Source of the DNA: Coleofasciculus sp. B1-GNL1-01
GTDB taxonomy: Bacteria; Cyanobacteriota; Cyanobacteriia; Cyanobacteriales; Coleofasciculaceae
NCBI GenBank assembly: GCA_040220235.1
Contig: JAVJTO010000020.1
Direction: 5' to 3' (one strand)
DNA: 52,173 nucleotides
Part shown: in pieces, positions 32,821-42,249 of the stretch
How positions within the stretch are numbered: position 1 is the first letter of the stretch
Layout: each line of letters starts with the position of its first letter
The notes under the pieces: model-generated
Told to the model about the DNA's origin: nothing
Seen by the model: the letters and a program-made list of their open reading frames with translations, nothing else
Databases searched by the model: none
Program-made: the position numbers and the translations under genes

Positions 32821-33342
32821 TTACTCTTTGAGTTCAGGACGAACATTCCTGTTGATTTCACCCATAATGGTGTACTCGAACAGATCGCAGCTACCACCTT
32901 GTAAGAGTGATTCAATTTGATTTCCCTGCAAGCGCTGATCTAAAAAGGCTTCGAGAAACCCTTGAATCGCCCCCATGGTGAAAGAAGCTACTCGGGTTGA
33001 GCCTTGAAGTTCACCGACGGAGTCAAAGGTTTCGCGAGTATAGACTTTGTAGACATCGCCGTCTTTGATTATCTTGTCAATGACGCACAAACGAGTTCCC
33101 TCTTTGCCCAAGGCTAGCTGGGCTTTTTCCGTAATTTCTTCCAGGGACACGGAGGCATCCTTGTCTACCAAATTGAGTTGTGTTGCTAGCTCTTTACCCC
33201 GTTGGCGACCTGCAGAAAGCATGGCGATCGCAGCGGCTTTTTCACCCAGCGCATCCTCGATACCGCTAACGATTGCCTTCATTTCTCCAATGCTGCCAAA
33301 GTTTCCCAATTCGTGACGTGGATCTTTCGCTGAATCTGCCAT
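32821..33342 (-). CDS. Stand-alone V4R-domain protein, tandem unit 2
   Basis: AGRQRG helix, FTMGAIQGFLE, and terminal strand-G-strand typical of V4R; the family call is by pattern recognition. Confidence 0.78.
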   Translation of the reverse strand: MADSAKDPRHELGNFGSIGEMKAIVSGIEDALGEKAAAIAMLSAGRQRGKELATQLNLVDKDASVSLEEITEKAQLALGKEGTRLCVIDKIIKDGDVYKVYTRETFDSVGELQGSTRVASFTMGAIQGFLEAFLDQRLQGNQIESLLQGGSCDLFEYTIMGEINRNVRPELKE

Positions 33343-33820
33343 AGTAATTTCCTCATGTAATGATCAAAATTTGTTGGCATTAAGAGTTTAGCTGTTCAGA
33401 TACGAACAGGTTTCAACAGCCAAATGCTGGCAGGGGTCTTAGGAAATAATTGCTTTTTTTGTTTTAGCAGTTCATTTTCAATATGTCTGCATACTAAACA
33501 TTTTTTAAATTAATTAAATAAAGAATTTATGGTCAAATTAACTCTCGCTGTGATCCCCAAATATTTAAGGTATTCATTTTATTAAAAACAACTATAAAAA
33601 CAGTGTTTTTTATCCATATTCTCTCATAATACAATCATTATAAATTAATTTTAGCGATAGTTTGTTTAATTTGTAATCTCAACAGTGGAATAGCTGATCG
33701 GTTGAGTTGACGTCTGTTAAGTCATTGGACAAAAGAAAACAGCATGCTCACTAAGTTTTGTAAACAAGGCTTCCCCATCTCCCCCAGCTCCCCCAGCTCC
33801 TCTTAACCGAGAAGTATTGG

Positions 33821-33845
33821 GTAGGGTGGGCAATGCCCACCCTAC
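33821..33845. repeat. GTAG-type REP palindrome
   Basis: GTAGGGTGGGCAATGCCCACCCTAC. Confidence 0.7.
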
Positions 33846-33887
33846 ATTCCTGGAGCCTTCTGCCTTGCTGCGGTCAGCTAGGGTCAA

Positions 33888-34259
33888 TTACGACAGAACC
33901 ATCCGCAATTCACCCAGGGTGCGCTTGATGTCCAGCATCAACAGTCCTTGCTTTGCCGTTTTCGTCGCCAGAACCAGAAACACGGTATCTTCACCACAAC
34001 TGGTGAGGATACTTAAGCCCAGATCACCTTCGACATAGATACGGTCAATGGTACCGCGAACTAATTCTTTACCAATCCGTTCCCCTAAGGAAAGCATCGC
34101 CGCCGACATGGCAGAGACTCGTTCGTCATCCATACCACTGGGTAACGTCGTCGCCAGTGGTAAACCATCAGGGGTGACAATCGCAGCGCCTTCAACGTCA
34201 GAAGCTGCTGAAGCAAAATCTTTGATGACCGTTCCTAATTTTTCGGCGTTAATCGCCAT
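33888..34259 (-). CDS. Roadblock/LC7 protein, tandem unit 3
   Basis: Near-identical to units 1, 2 and 4. Confidence 0.92.
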   Translation of the reverse strand: MAINAEKLGTVIKDFASAASDVEGAAIVTPDGLPLATTLPSGMDDERVSAMSAAMLSLGERIGKELVRGTIDRIYVEGDLGLSILTSCGEDTVFLVLATKTAKQGLLMLDIKRTLGELRMVLS

Positions 34260-34343
34260 TGTGATACTCCTTGTTAAATTTCCAACAGTCTTTGCAGTAA
34301 TAGATACTCAAAGCTGAGATTTTTCCTGTTCCCCCCGACGCTG

Positions 34344-34865
34344 TTATTCTTTGAGTTCAGGACGAACATTTCTGTTGATTTCACCCATAATGGTGTACTC
34401 GAACAGATCATAGCTGTCACCCTGTAAGAGTGATTCAATTTGAGTTCCCTTCAAGCGCTGATCCAGAAAGGCTTCGAGAAACCCTTGAATCGCCCCCATA
34501 GTAAACGTAGATTGCCGATCTGAACCTTGGGATTCACCAACAGAATCAAAGGTTTCGCGAGTATAGACTTTGTAGACATCGCCATCTTGGATAATCTTGT
34601 CAATGACGCACAAGCGAGTTCCTTCTTTACCTAAAGCTTTCCGGGCTTTTTCTGTGATTGTTTCTAGGGATACGGAGTCATCCTTGTCTACCAAGTTGAG
34701 TTTTTCGGCTAGCTCTTTACCCCGTTGACGACCCGCAGAAAGCATCGCGATCGCCGCCGCTTTTTCGCCCAGCGCTTCTTCGACACCGCTGACGATTGCC
34801 TTCATTTCTCCAACGCCGCTAAAGTTGCCCAGTTCTTGACGTGGGTCTTCTGGTGAGTTTGTCAT
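34344..34865 (-). CDS. Stand-alone V4R-domain protein, tandem unit 3
   Basis: Paralog of unit 2; ATG 34865 gives the same 522-nt length. Confidence 0.78.
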   Translation of the reverse strand: MTNSPEDPRQELGNFSGVGEMKAIVSGVEEALGEKAAAIAMLSAGRQRGKELAEKLNLVDKDDSVSLETITEKARKALGKEGTRLCVIDKIIQDGDVYKVYTRETFDSVGESQGSDRQSTFTMGAIQGFLEAFLDQRLKGTQIESLLQGDSYDLFEYTIMGEINRNVRPELKE

Positions 34866-35317
34866 AATACTTTCATTTTTTGACAGCACAATTTGTTAGC
34901 ATCCAGAGTTTAGCTATTCAGATTAATCCATGTTTACATAGCTAAATCTCGTGAGGAGTATTGCCTAACAACTTATGGTTTTACTTTAACGTAAAAACAC
35001 TGCAATTCAATGTATATGTTAGATTTTTTTAATTAATTTAATATAGATTTTATGCTTAAATATACTTTCAATATAATATTTTTTTGATTAATTTATTTTG
35101 CCTATAAACAACCATTATTTTACTGTCACACATCTCAATTACTATGACATATACGATTAACAAATAACAGTAGCCAATAATTAAATAAGATTGTTTTTGT
35201 GTACTAATGAACGATGATTTGGTTTCGTGAATGACTTAAATTACTAGAGCAAACCCCCTTTTTAATTTAAAAGAGGGGGGTTTTGGAGAGAGATTCCGAT
35301 ATTAAATTGGTGAACAG

Positions 35318-35568
35318 TAAGCTATTATGCATTTAAATGAGGTATAGGTAGTAAGCAAAATGCTTAATCTTAATGTAGTGAGCAAGATGCTCACACTACG
35401 ATAAGAATTTTGCAATTCTTGACATTAAGGTTTAAATAAGTGGTCAGACAAAAGAAAACGGCACGCTCATTAAGTGCAAGTAAATCACCCTCAAACCCTT
35501 ACTGTTCCCTGTTCTCTAATCTCCACCGTTAACTTTAATGAAAGTCCACCTACTTACCAAATAGCTTA
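35318..35568. mobile_element. Nested MITEs
   Basis: Outer TAAGCTATT...AATAGCTTA element interrupted by a complete inner element 35437-35556 of the 1..131 family. Confidence 0.7.
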
Positions 35569-35603
35569 TTACTCCTCACCTGCAAGGTGGATATGTCAAT
35601 CAA

Positions 35604-35975
35604 CTACGACAGAACCATCCGTAATTCACCCAAGGTGCGCTTGATATCCAACATTAATAATCCTTGCTTCGCCGTTTTCGTCGCCAGAACCAGAAACACG
35701 GTATCTTCACCACAACTGGTGAGAATACTTAAGCCTTGATCACCTTCGACATAAATACGGTCAATGGTACCGCGAACTAATTCTTTACCAATCCGTTCCC
35801 CTAAGGAAAGCATCGCCGCTGACATCGCAGAAACCCGTTCGTCATCCATACCACTGGGTAACGTCGTTGCTAGAGGTAAACCATCTGGGGTGACAATTGC
35901 AGCACCTTCCACATCAGACGCAGCTGCTGCAAATTCTTTGATGATCATTCCCAGTTTTTCAGCATTAATAGCCAT
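35604..35975 (-). CDS. Roadblock/LC7 protein, tandem unit 4
   Basis: Same family motifs. Confidence 0.92.
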   Translation of the reverse strand: MAINAEKLGMIIKEFAAAASDVEGAAIVTPDGLPLATTLPSGMDDERVSAMSAAMLSLGERIGKELVRGTIDRIYVEGDQGLSILTSCGEDTVFLVLATKTAKQGLLMLDIKRTLGELRMVLS

Positions 35976-36044
35976 TGTGATACTCCTTGTTCAATTTCAA
36001 ATAGTCTTTGTAGCGATAGATACTGAACGAAAACTCGAACCCTT

Positions 36045-36542
36045 TTAACGATTTAATGCAGGAAGATCCGCGTACTCTAACACATCAAAATCCCCCCCCC
36101 GTAAGACGGATTCAGATTGAGTTCCCCGTAGGCGCTTACCCAAAAATGCTTCGAGAAATCCTTGAATTGCCCCCATGGTGAATGTACATTGCCGTGATGA
36201 GCCTTGAGATTCGCCGGCTGAACAAACAGTTTCGCGAGTATAAACTTTGTAGATATCACCCTCTTGGATAACTTTATCAATGACGCATAAACGAGTTCCA
36301 TCTTTGCCCAAGGCTTCCTGCACTTTTACGGTCACATCTTCCAGGGACATCGAGGAACCCTTGCCTACTAAATCTAGGTCTTCGGCTAACTTTTTACCCC
36401 GTTGGCGACCCGCAGAAATCATCGCGATCGCGGCAGCTTTTTCGCCCAGCGCTTCTTCGACACCGACAACGATTGCCTTTAAGCAAACAATGCTGCTAAA
36501 GTCTCCAAGTTCTTGACGTAGTTCATTCTGTGCAATTGCCAT
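36045..36542 (-). CDS. Stand-alone V4R-domain protein, tandem unit 4
   Basis: ETVC...RQCTFTMGAIQG; GAGG ribosome-binding site before ATG 36542. Confidence 0.82.
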   Translation of the reverse strand: MAIAQNELRQELGDFSSIVCLKAIVVGVEEALGEKAAAIAMISAGRQRGKKLAEDLDLVGKGSSMSLEDVTVKVQEALGKDGTRLCVIDKVIQEGDIYKVYTRETVCSAGESQGSSRQCTFTMGAIQGFLEAFLGKRLRGTQSESVLRGGDFDVLEYADLPALNR

Positions 36543-36810
36543 AATATTTTCCTCGTTTGATGCTAAAAATGTTGACACCGAGAGTTTAGCTGTATAGAAA
36601 CAATGTTTTTATACAGCTAATTTTTTGGTTAGTTTTAGGTAATAATCCCTACTTCTGTTTTAGCAATTAATTCAAAAACTGTCTGTAGTTTTCTATGATA
36701 TTTTTATGAAGCATATATAAAGCCTATAGCCCAGTATATTTTTAAGTAAAAATAAATTGTATTGGCGCAATCCATCCCTACACCAATGCAACGTTGTCAA
36801 AGGATAAATC

Positions 36811-37182
36811 CTATGACAAAAATAAATTGAATTGAGTAATCGTTCGTTTAATTTCTAATTTCAACAGTCCTGGTTTAGCTGCCTTACTCGCTAAAACCAC
36901 AAAAACAGCATCTTCCCCGCAACTGGTCAAAATACTTAAGCCATGGTTACCTTCCACACAAATGCGAGCAATAGTTCCCCGAGCCAGTTCGTTACCAATC
37001 CGCTCACCCAGCGACAACATTGCTGCTGAGATTGCCGATACTCGTTCATCATCCATATCAACTGGCAAACTAGCAGCTATGGGTAAGCCATCTGGAGTAA
37101 TTATTGCTGCACCTTGCACATCAGGGGTATTGCTTACAAAGGTTTGTAAAATACGCCCTAATTTGTAAGGATTAATCGCCAT
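36811..37182 (-). CDS. Roadblock/LC7 protein
   Basis: TPDGLPIA and DERVSAISAAMLSLGERIG. Confidence 0.88.
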   Translation of the reverse strand: MAINPYKLGRILQTFVSNTPDVQGAAIITPDGLPIAASLPVDMDDERVSAISAAMLSLGERIGNELARGTIARICVEGNHGLSILTSCGEDAVFVVLASKAAKPGLLKLEIKRTITQFNLFLS

Positions 37183-37447
37183 AGCTGTGAAAATCGTCAT
37201 TCGTCATTTGTCATACTCGAAGAGCGCAAGAAGCAAGCTACGTTTTGGGTTTGATGCTTGTTTACACAACAAGCGAGAGCGTGCCGTTTTCTTTTGTCCG
37301 ACCACTTAAGTTTATATTTACTATTCCTCAATTCAAAAGATTTTTTCAGGCATTTTATATAATAAAATATTTAATATTTATTAAAAACATGAGCAATATT
37401 TCTTGACTAGGAATATGTCATGCTCTCAAAAAAACTATGAATTTTGT

Positions 37448-37978
37448 CTAAACAATTTGATCAGTCAATACTTTTAATGCCGTTAATACTGAGAATTTTA
37501 CTCGAGGATTAACCTTCAAAACAGGTGAACAATCTTGGTTGGTGGCAATGCCTAAATGTTTGACTATTTCTTCTGTCGGTATAGCCCCAAAACAATCAGT
37601 ATGAGTTAGACCAATAACCATCGGTACTTGAACGCGATCGTTCATAAAAGCTAAAATGTCTTTAGCGTAGGAAAAACTATCTGCTTGATTAGCCTTCACC
37701 AGTAGAATATAAGCATCAGCCCCTTTAATTAAAATATCCCACATAAAATCAAAACGGGTTTGACCGGGAGTCCCATATATATGCAAGTTTTTCTGGGCAT
37801 CTAAAACTAATTTGCCAAAGTCAAAGGCAACGGTAGTTTTATCCTTAAACAAGGATTCTCTTTCCGAATTACTAACCTTACGTTCTATTTCTACAACATC
37901 AATTTCACTAGCTGTACGTACAAAAGTAGACTTACCTGCTCCTACAGTTCCGGTTATAACTATACGTATATTTTCCAT
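37448..37978 (-). CDS. MglA/CvnD-like small GTPase
   Basis: GTVGAGKST, TTVAFDFG, YGTPGQTRF. Confidence 0.9.
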   Translation of the reverse strand: MENIRIVITGTVGAGKSTFVRTASEIDVVEIERKVSNSERESLFKDKTTVAFDFGKLVLDAQKNLHIYGTPGQTRFDFMWDILIKGADAYILLVKANQADSFSYAKDILAFMNDRVQVPMVIGLTHTDCFGAIPTEEIVKHLGIATNQDCSPVLKVNPRVKFSVLTALKVLTDQIV

Positions 37979-38243
37979 GAAATTTATTTGAGCATTTTTT
38001 GTTGTTACTTTTATTGGCTGGCATAACGGGAGCATAAACAATTACTACATAAACTTTGTTTTATTGACCTCCATAAATCAAAAAACAAAATTACCTTGAT
38101 CGTGATTTTGAAGACTACTCTTGTTGTTTGATGTGGAAGGAAAAACAGAAAATGCTAGAGTTGAGCAATGTCAGGATATTTCTGGCTATTATTTGCAATT
38201 CATTACAGCCTTTTAATAGTACCTGACAATTGTGTTTTACTTT

Positions 38244-38615
38244 TTACAGTAAGATAGACTTAAGGTCACCAAGAGTCCGTTTTATTTCCAACATCAAAAG
38301 TCCTTGTTTGGCTTGTTGAGTGGCTAAAACCAGAAAGACAGCATCTTCACCACAACTGGTCAAAATACTCAAGCCTTGGTTACCTTCAACATAGATGCGA
38401 TCGATTGCACCTCGAACCAGTTCTTTACCAATTCGTTCACCTAAAGATAGCATCGCCGCAGACATGGCTGATACCCGTTCATCATCCATATTACTAGGCA
38501 AAGTAGTTGCTAGAGGTAAACCATCTGGAGTGACAATAGCCGCCCCTTCAACATCATTCGTCGCCGAGACAAAATCCTTAAGAATATGTCCTAATTTTTC
38601 AGAATTGATCGCCAT
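38244..38615 (-). CDS. Roadblock/LC7 protein
   Basis: Same family motifs; GGAG ribosome-binding site. Confidence 0.92.
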   Translation of the reverse strand: MAINSEKLGHILKDFVSATNDVEGAAIVTPDGLPLATTLPSNMDDERVSAMSAAMLSLGERIGKELVRGAIDRIYVEGNQGLSILTSCGEDAVFLVLATQQAKQGLLMLEIKRTLGDLKSILL

Positions 38616-38671
38616 TGATTGTTTTACTCCTGCTGAAATTTGAGAGATTGCTAATACAGTTAAGCGTTGAG

Positions 38672-39226
38672 TTACATCGAAGCTGCACCTGTGGAAATGA
38701 GGCGCTTAAATAAGCCTTCTGTCCAGCCAGTTTCTTGAAGTACGGCGGCTGACGTGACTTCAATGTAGGCTTGTTCAATAAATGCCAGATCAATCATGCA
38801 AATTCGACTGAGGGCATCCCGTAATTCTTCATTTTTGTCTGCCTCTTTTAGCTTTTGACCTACAGCATTAACCACAATTGCCATGGCTGGAACCACATGT
38901 TGCGGTCCAATGCCAATCTGCACATGCACTAGACCAATTCGCCAGCGGCGATCGGCATAAGTATTACCCCAATCATCCATACCTGTAAACATTTCGTAAA
39001 ACCATTCAGTAAAAGTTTCACGCAGGCGATGCATCCGTCCTTCTTTGGCATTCAAAATTTCGCTCATTTCTGGATCTCGTCCCAAATAAGCATAGAAATG
39101 ATTTGCCATTTCTGGAGCGATGTCTTTGCCCCAAGTCGCGTTGGCTTTGAGGATTGCTTTGTCTTCATCGGTAAAGCTAATACGCTTTTCCATTTTTTCC
39201 ATAAATGCATGAGCATCTAAGGTCAT
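38672..39226 (-). CDS. Stand-alone protoglobin
   Basis: FYAYL and RRWRIGLVHVQIG; close paralog of 23554..24108. Confidence 0.88.
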   Translation of the reverse strand: MTLDAHAFMEKMEKRISFTDEDKAILKANATWGKDIAPEMANHFYAYLGRDPEMSEILNAKEGRMHRLRETFTEWFYEMFTGMDDWGNTYADRRWRIGLVHVQIGIGPQHVVPAMAIVVNAVGQKLKEADKNEELRDALSRICMIDLAFIEQAYIEVTSAAVLQETGWTEGLFKRLISTGAASM

Positions 39227-39622
39227 AGTTTTCTCCTACCAGCATGAATTTTTAATCTTCTTCATTAATAACAAATAATTTTTGTGTTTGTCCATGTTTT
39301 TTTGTATTGTTTTAGTAAAGAAACTTTGATATATAAAATTAAGCAGCACAATTTATTTAAATGCCCAATTAAAACTAAAGCATGGCATTTAAATAAACTG
39401 AACACACCCCCGTTTATTAGGGTGATTGAATTCAAGAGTATTCAAGTATTAGGAAATAGATGGCAAATAGAATGAATGCTATCGTACCTTGCTAGGCTCA
39501 TGCCGAACTTTATCAGCCTAAACTAATGCTGTATTAACACTAACACGCCTACACAAACTAAATCTGCCTCAAACCTTTGCCAATGACAAAGGACAAAAGA
39601 CATCACGTTCCTGACATTACCT

Positions 39623-39651
39623 TTTTTCGTGGGTTAGCAGATAAGTCCGGA
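39623..39651 (-). promoter_or_regulatory. DIF1-like promoter candidate
   Basis: TCCGGA at 39646-39651, N17, then GAAAAA. Confidence 0.4.
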
Positions 39652-39960
39652 GCGTTAGCTCAAATTAGTATTGTGGTCATCTCTAGTCTTGTCTCCAGAT
39701 ATACAGTTTCGCTTATGTATATTTTTATTATTTGTCATCATAATTTAAGGATACTTTGCTTTTATTGCACGGAAGGGGGAGAATTCAAAGCCCTGAAGGG
39801 GTGACAAGCTCGCGTCAAAGGTAGGCAGGGTGTGGGGTATGGGGTGTGGGGTGTGGGGCTTCTCGGTAAGGAACACTACACCCTACACCCAGTAGTACCT
39901 TCAAGTCCCTTGTCACTCCCTCAGTTCAAAGCCCCTCCCCGTGGTGGGGAGGGGTTTTGG

Positions 39961-39977
39961 GAGGGGTCTGACCCCTC
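39961..39977. promoter_or_regulatory. Candidate HetR-binding palindrome
   Basis: GAGGGGTCTGACCCCTC, one base from the Anabaena hetP site GAGGGGTCTAACCCCTC as I recall it. Confidence 0.5.
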
Positions 39978-40087
39978 AATGACCAGCAATATCCTTATAG
40001 GGGAGGGCGAGGGAGGGGCTGACGCCCCAGTTAATTGACCAGTAGTATCCTGGAAAAAGTCGGGGTGTGGGTAAGAGACTTACCGAA

Positions 40088-40459
40088 CTAGCCCAAACTG
40101 ACTTTAATCTGGGTAACAGTTCGACTTATATCCAAGTTGAGAGCGCCTTGTTTGGCATCTTTCCCAGCCAGAACGATGAAAACGGCTTCTGGACCGCAGT
40201 CGGTCATAATGCTGTAGCCGTCATCACCTTCGACTAAAATGCGATTCGTTTGACCTCCCAAGAGTTCTTTGGCAATCCGTTCACCCAGAGACAGCATGGT
40301 AGCAGACATGGCGGAAATCCGCTCTTCAGCCACTGAACCCGGTAAGCTAGACGCCAGGGGTAAACCATCCGGCGTGACAATCGCAGCACCGACCACATCA
40401 GCTGTTGTCGAGACAAAATTCTGAACCAGATGACTCAGTTTTTGAGTATTGATTCCCAT
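40088..40459 (-). CDS. Roadblock/LC7 protein
   Basis: TPDGLPLAS and ISAMSATMLSLGERI. Confidence 0.9.
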   Translation of the reverse strand: MGINTQKLSHLVQNFVSTTADVVGAAIVTPDGLPLASSLPGSVAEERISAMSATMLSLGERIAKELLGGQTNRILVEGDDGYSIMTDCGPEAVFIVLAGKDAKQGALNLDISRTVTQIKVSLG

Positions 40460-40675
40460 TCTTGTGTTTCTCCTTAACGTTAATAGAGGACAATGAAGTT
40501 AAGTTGTGTAACGAAAACAAGCATGGCTGACTGGTTCGATGTTATAGTTACCTACTTCTGGGTTTTAGCCCAAACGGTAAGGCTACCCAGTCAGCTCACG
40601 ATGAGCATAAGGCGGCTAAGAGAAGATTTGCTGAGTGTGATAGCAGAGCAATCCTCTTAGCTGCTTTTTGTCGAA

Positions 40676-41146
40676 TTACTCAACAGTAATAAACTCGAAC
40701 AGGTCGTAAGAGTCACCTCGAAGGACAGACTGTGTTTGTGAACCCTTCAATTTCTGCTGTAGCAGTTCGGTTAAGACGCCCCAGACCAAACCTAGGGTAA
40801 AGGTACATTTGGGAGGCTCTCCTTCAGTTCCGCCGATCGCGCAGAGGGTTTCTGTGGTGTAAACCTTGACAGTGTCGCCTTCTTGGGTAATCTTGTCAAT
40901 GATGCACAAACGAGCACCCTCTTCACCCAAAACCTCGGCAATTTGCTTAGTCGCATCTTCCAAGTTTTGGGTACTCCCTTTAAATCCCAACTTTTCCGCT
41001 AGTTCTTGTCCGTGCTTACGACCAGCAGCAGTCAGAGCAACGGCTGTCGCCTTTTCACCTAAGGCGTCAGTCATTCCTTCAACTAGAGCGCGGAACGATT
41101 CAATACTGCTGAATTGTCCTAATTGATCGCGTTTGAGTTCTAACAC
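40676..41146 (-). CDS. Stand-alone V4R-domain protein
   Basis: ETLC...KCTFTLGLVWG; AAGGAG before a GTG start. Confidence 0.8.
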   Translation of the reverse strand: MLELKRDQLGQFSSIESFRALVEGMTDALGEKATAVALTAAGRKHGQELAEKLGFKGSTQNLEDATKQIAEVLGEEGARLCIIDKITQEGDTVKVYTTETLCAIGGTEGEPPKCTFTLGLVWGVLTELLQQKLKGSQTQSVLRGDSYDLFEFITVE

Positions 41147-41320
41147 GTTGACTCCTTATTTTTGAAAATACATGAGTAGAACACTTTATCAACCAAGAAA
41201 GTGTTTGGCTAAACAATGCTTACAAGTCAAATATCCTAGTTTCAGGATTTTTTATAACTGAAATCCTAACCATAGATCTTGGCTTTTTTTAGAAGCATTG
41301 CTCCTTTGTTTCTACGAATA

Positions 41321-41349
41321 ACATACAAAATAAATCAATGTCATCCGGA
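41321..41349 (-). promoter_or_regulatory. DIF1-like promoter
   Basis: TCCGGA at 41344-41349, N17, then GTATGT. Confidence 0.55.
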
Positions 41350-41918
41350 AACTTGGGTGTTTTTTTTCACAGCCATAGACATTGCCAGAGCAATTTATTA
41401 GAATGACTATAGTCCGTTTTCTTTAATTAAATTCTTTACTTAAAGTATTTCCATTTCAAATATAAAGTAAATATAATCTTTTGCGAAAACATTTAATGTA
41501 TCCTTAAAAAATAATAACCAAGATGAATTAAAGATCCATTTAAATTACATATTACCTGTTTCCTGTTCACTGTTCCCTAATCTCAACCATCAACTTTCAT
41601 AAAAGTCCGATGACATAGTGCCATGGCAAATCTCTGGCGATTACGCCTGCCTCTGTCTCTCTGTCCCTCTTTACCAAAACGTTTCGCTCTATTGTAAAAT
41701 CGCTTCCTGTTTGATTGTATTACATGGAATACATTTGGCAAATATTGACACTGCCTCAACTCATAAACTATAATAAACGTGATAGAATTTAGAGGTTTGT
41801 ACACCCAGGGTATACCCTCTCTATTTTTCTCTGAACCAAAAATTTTAGCATCGAACTATCAAGGTTGTGTTTTAGGTTGATCAAGAAAAATTTGCTCAAA
41901 TAAATGGGTTTTTAAAAA

Positions 41919-42030
41919 TTAAAATCTGTTGCCCAGAGTGAATTAATGCTCAATTTTAAAACTGAGACAATCCTGATTAAAATCTGTTGCTCAGAGTAAA
42001 TCAACCATCAGGGCAAAAACTGAGACAATC
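41919..42030. repeat. 58-bp imperfect direct repeat, two copies
   Basis: TTAAAATCTGTTGCYCAGAGT...AAAACTGAGACAATC starting at 41919 and 41977. Confidence 0.75.
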
Positions 42031-42249
42031 GTCAAGATTTTGAGAGTCTTCAGAAATACAGCCCAGGATTTGTAGAAAAACTAGCTAGTGCAGCGTACTT
42101 GAATTTAGCCAATACCCCTGAGTTCAGCATCGCTACAGGTGTTCATTTTTCGGAAAACCCTGTAACCTGTATCCCACCTCATTACGTTATCAGCCGTTGG
42201 CATCGAACTCAGGTTAATACAACGCCGCAATTAAGCGGTAAGGTGAATT

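Noticed and set aside
30719..36542. Tandem array as an assembly artefact
   Set aside because: The copies differ at many positions and have unrelated spacers, which a simple misassembly would not produce.
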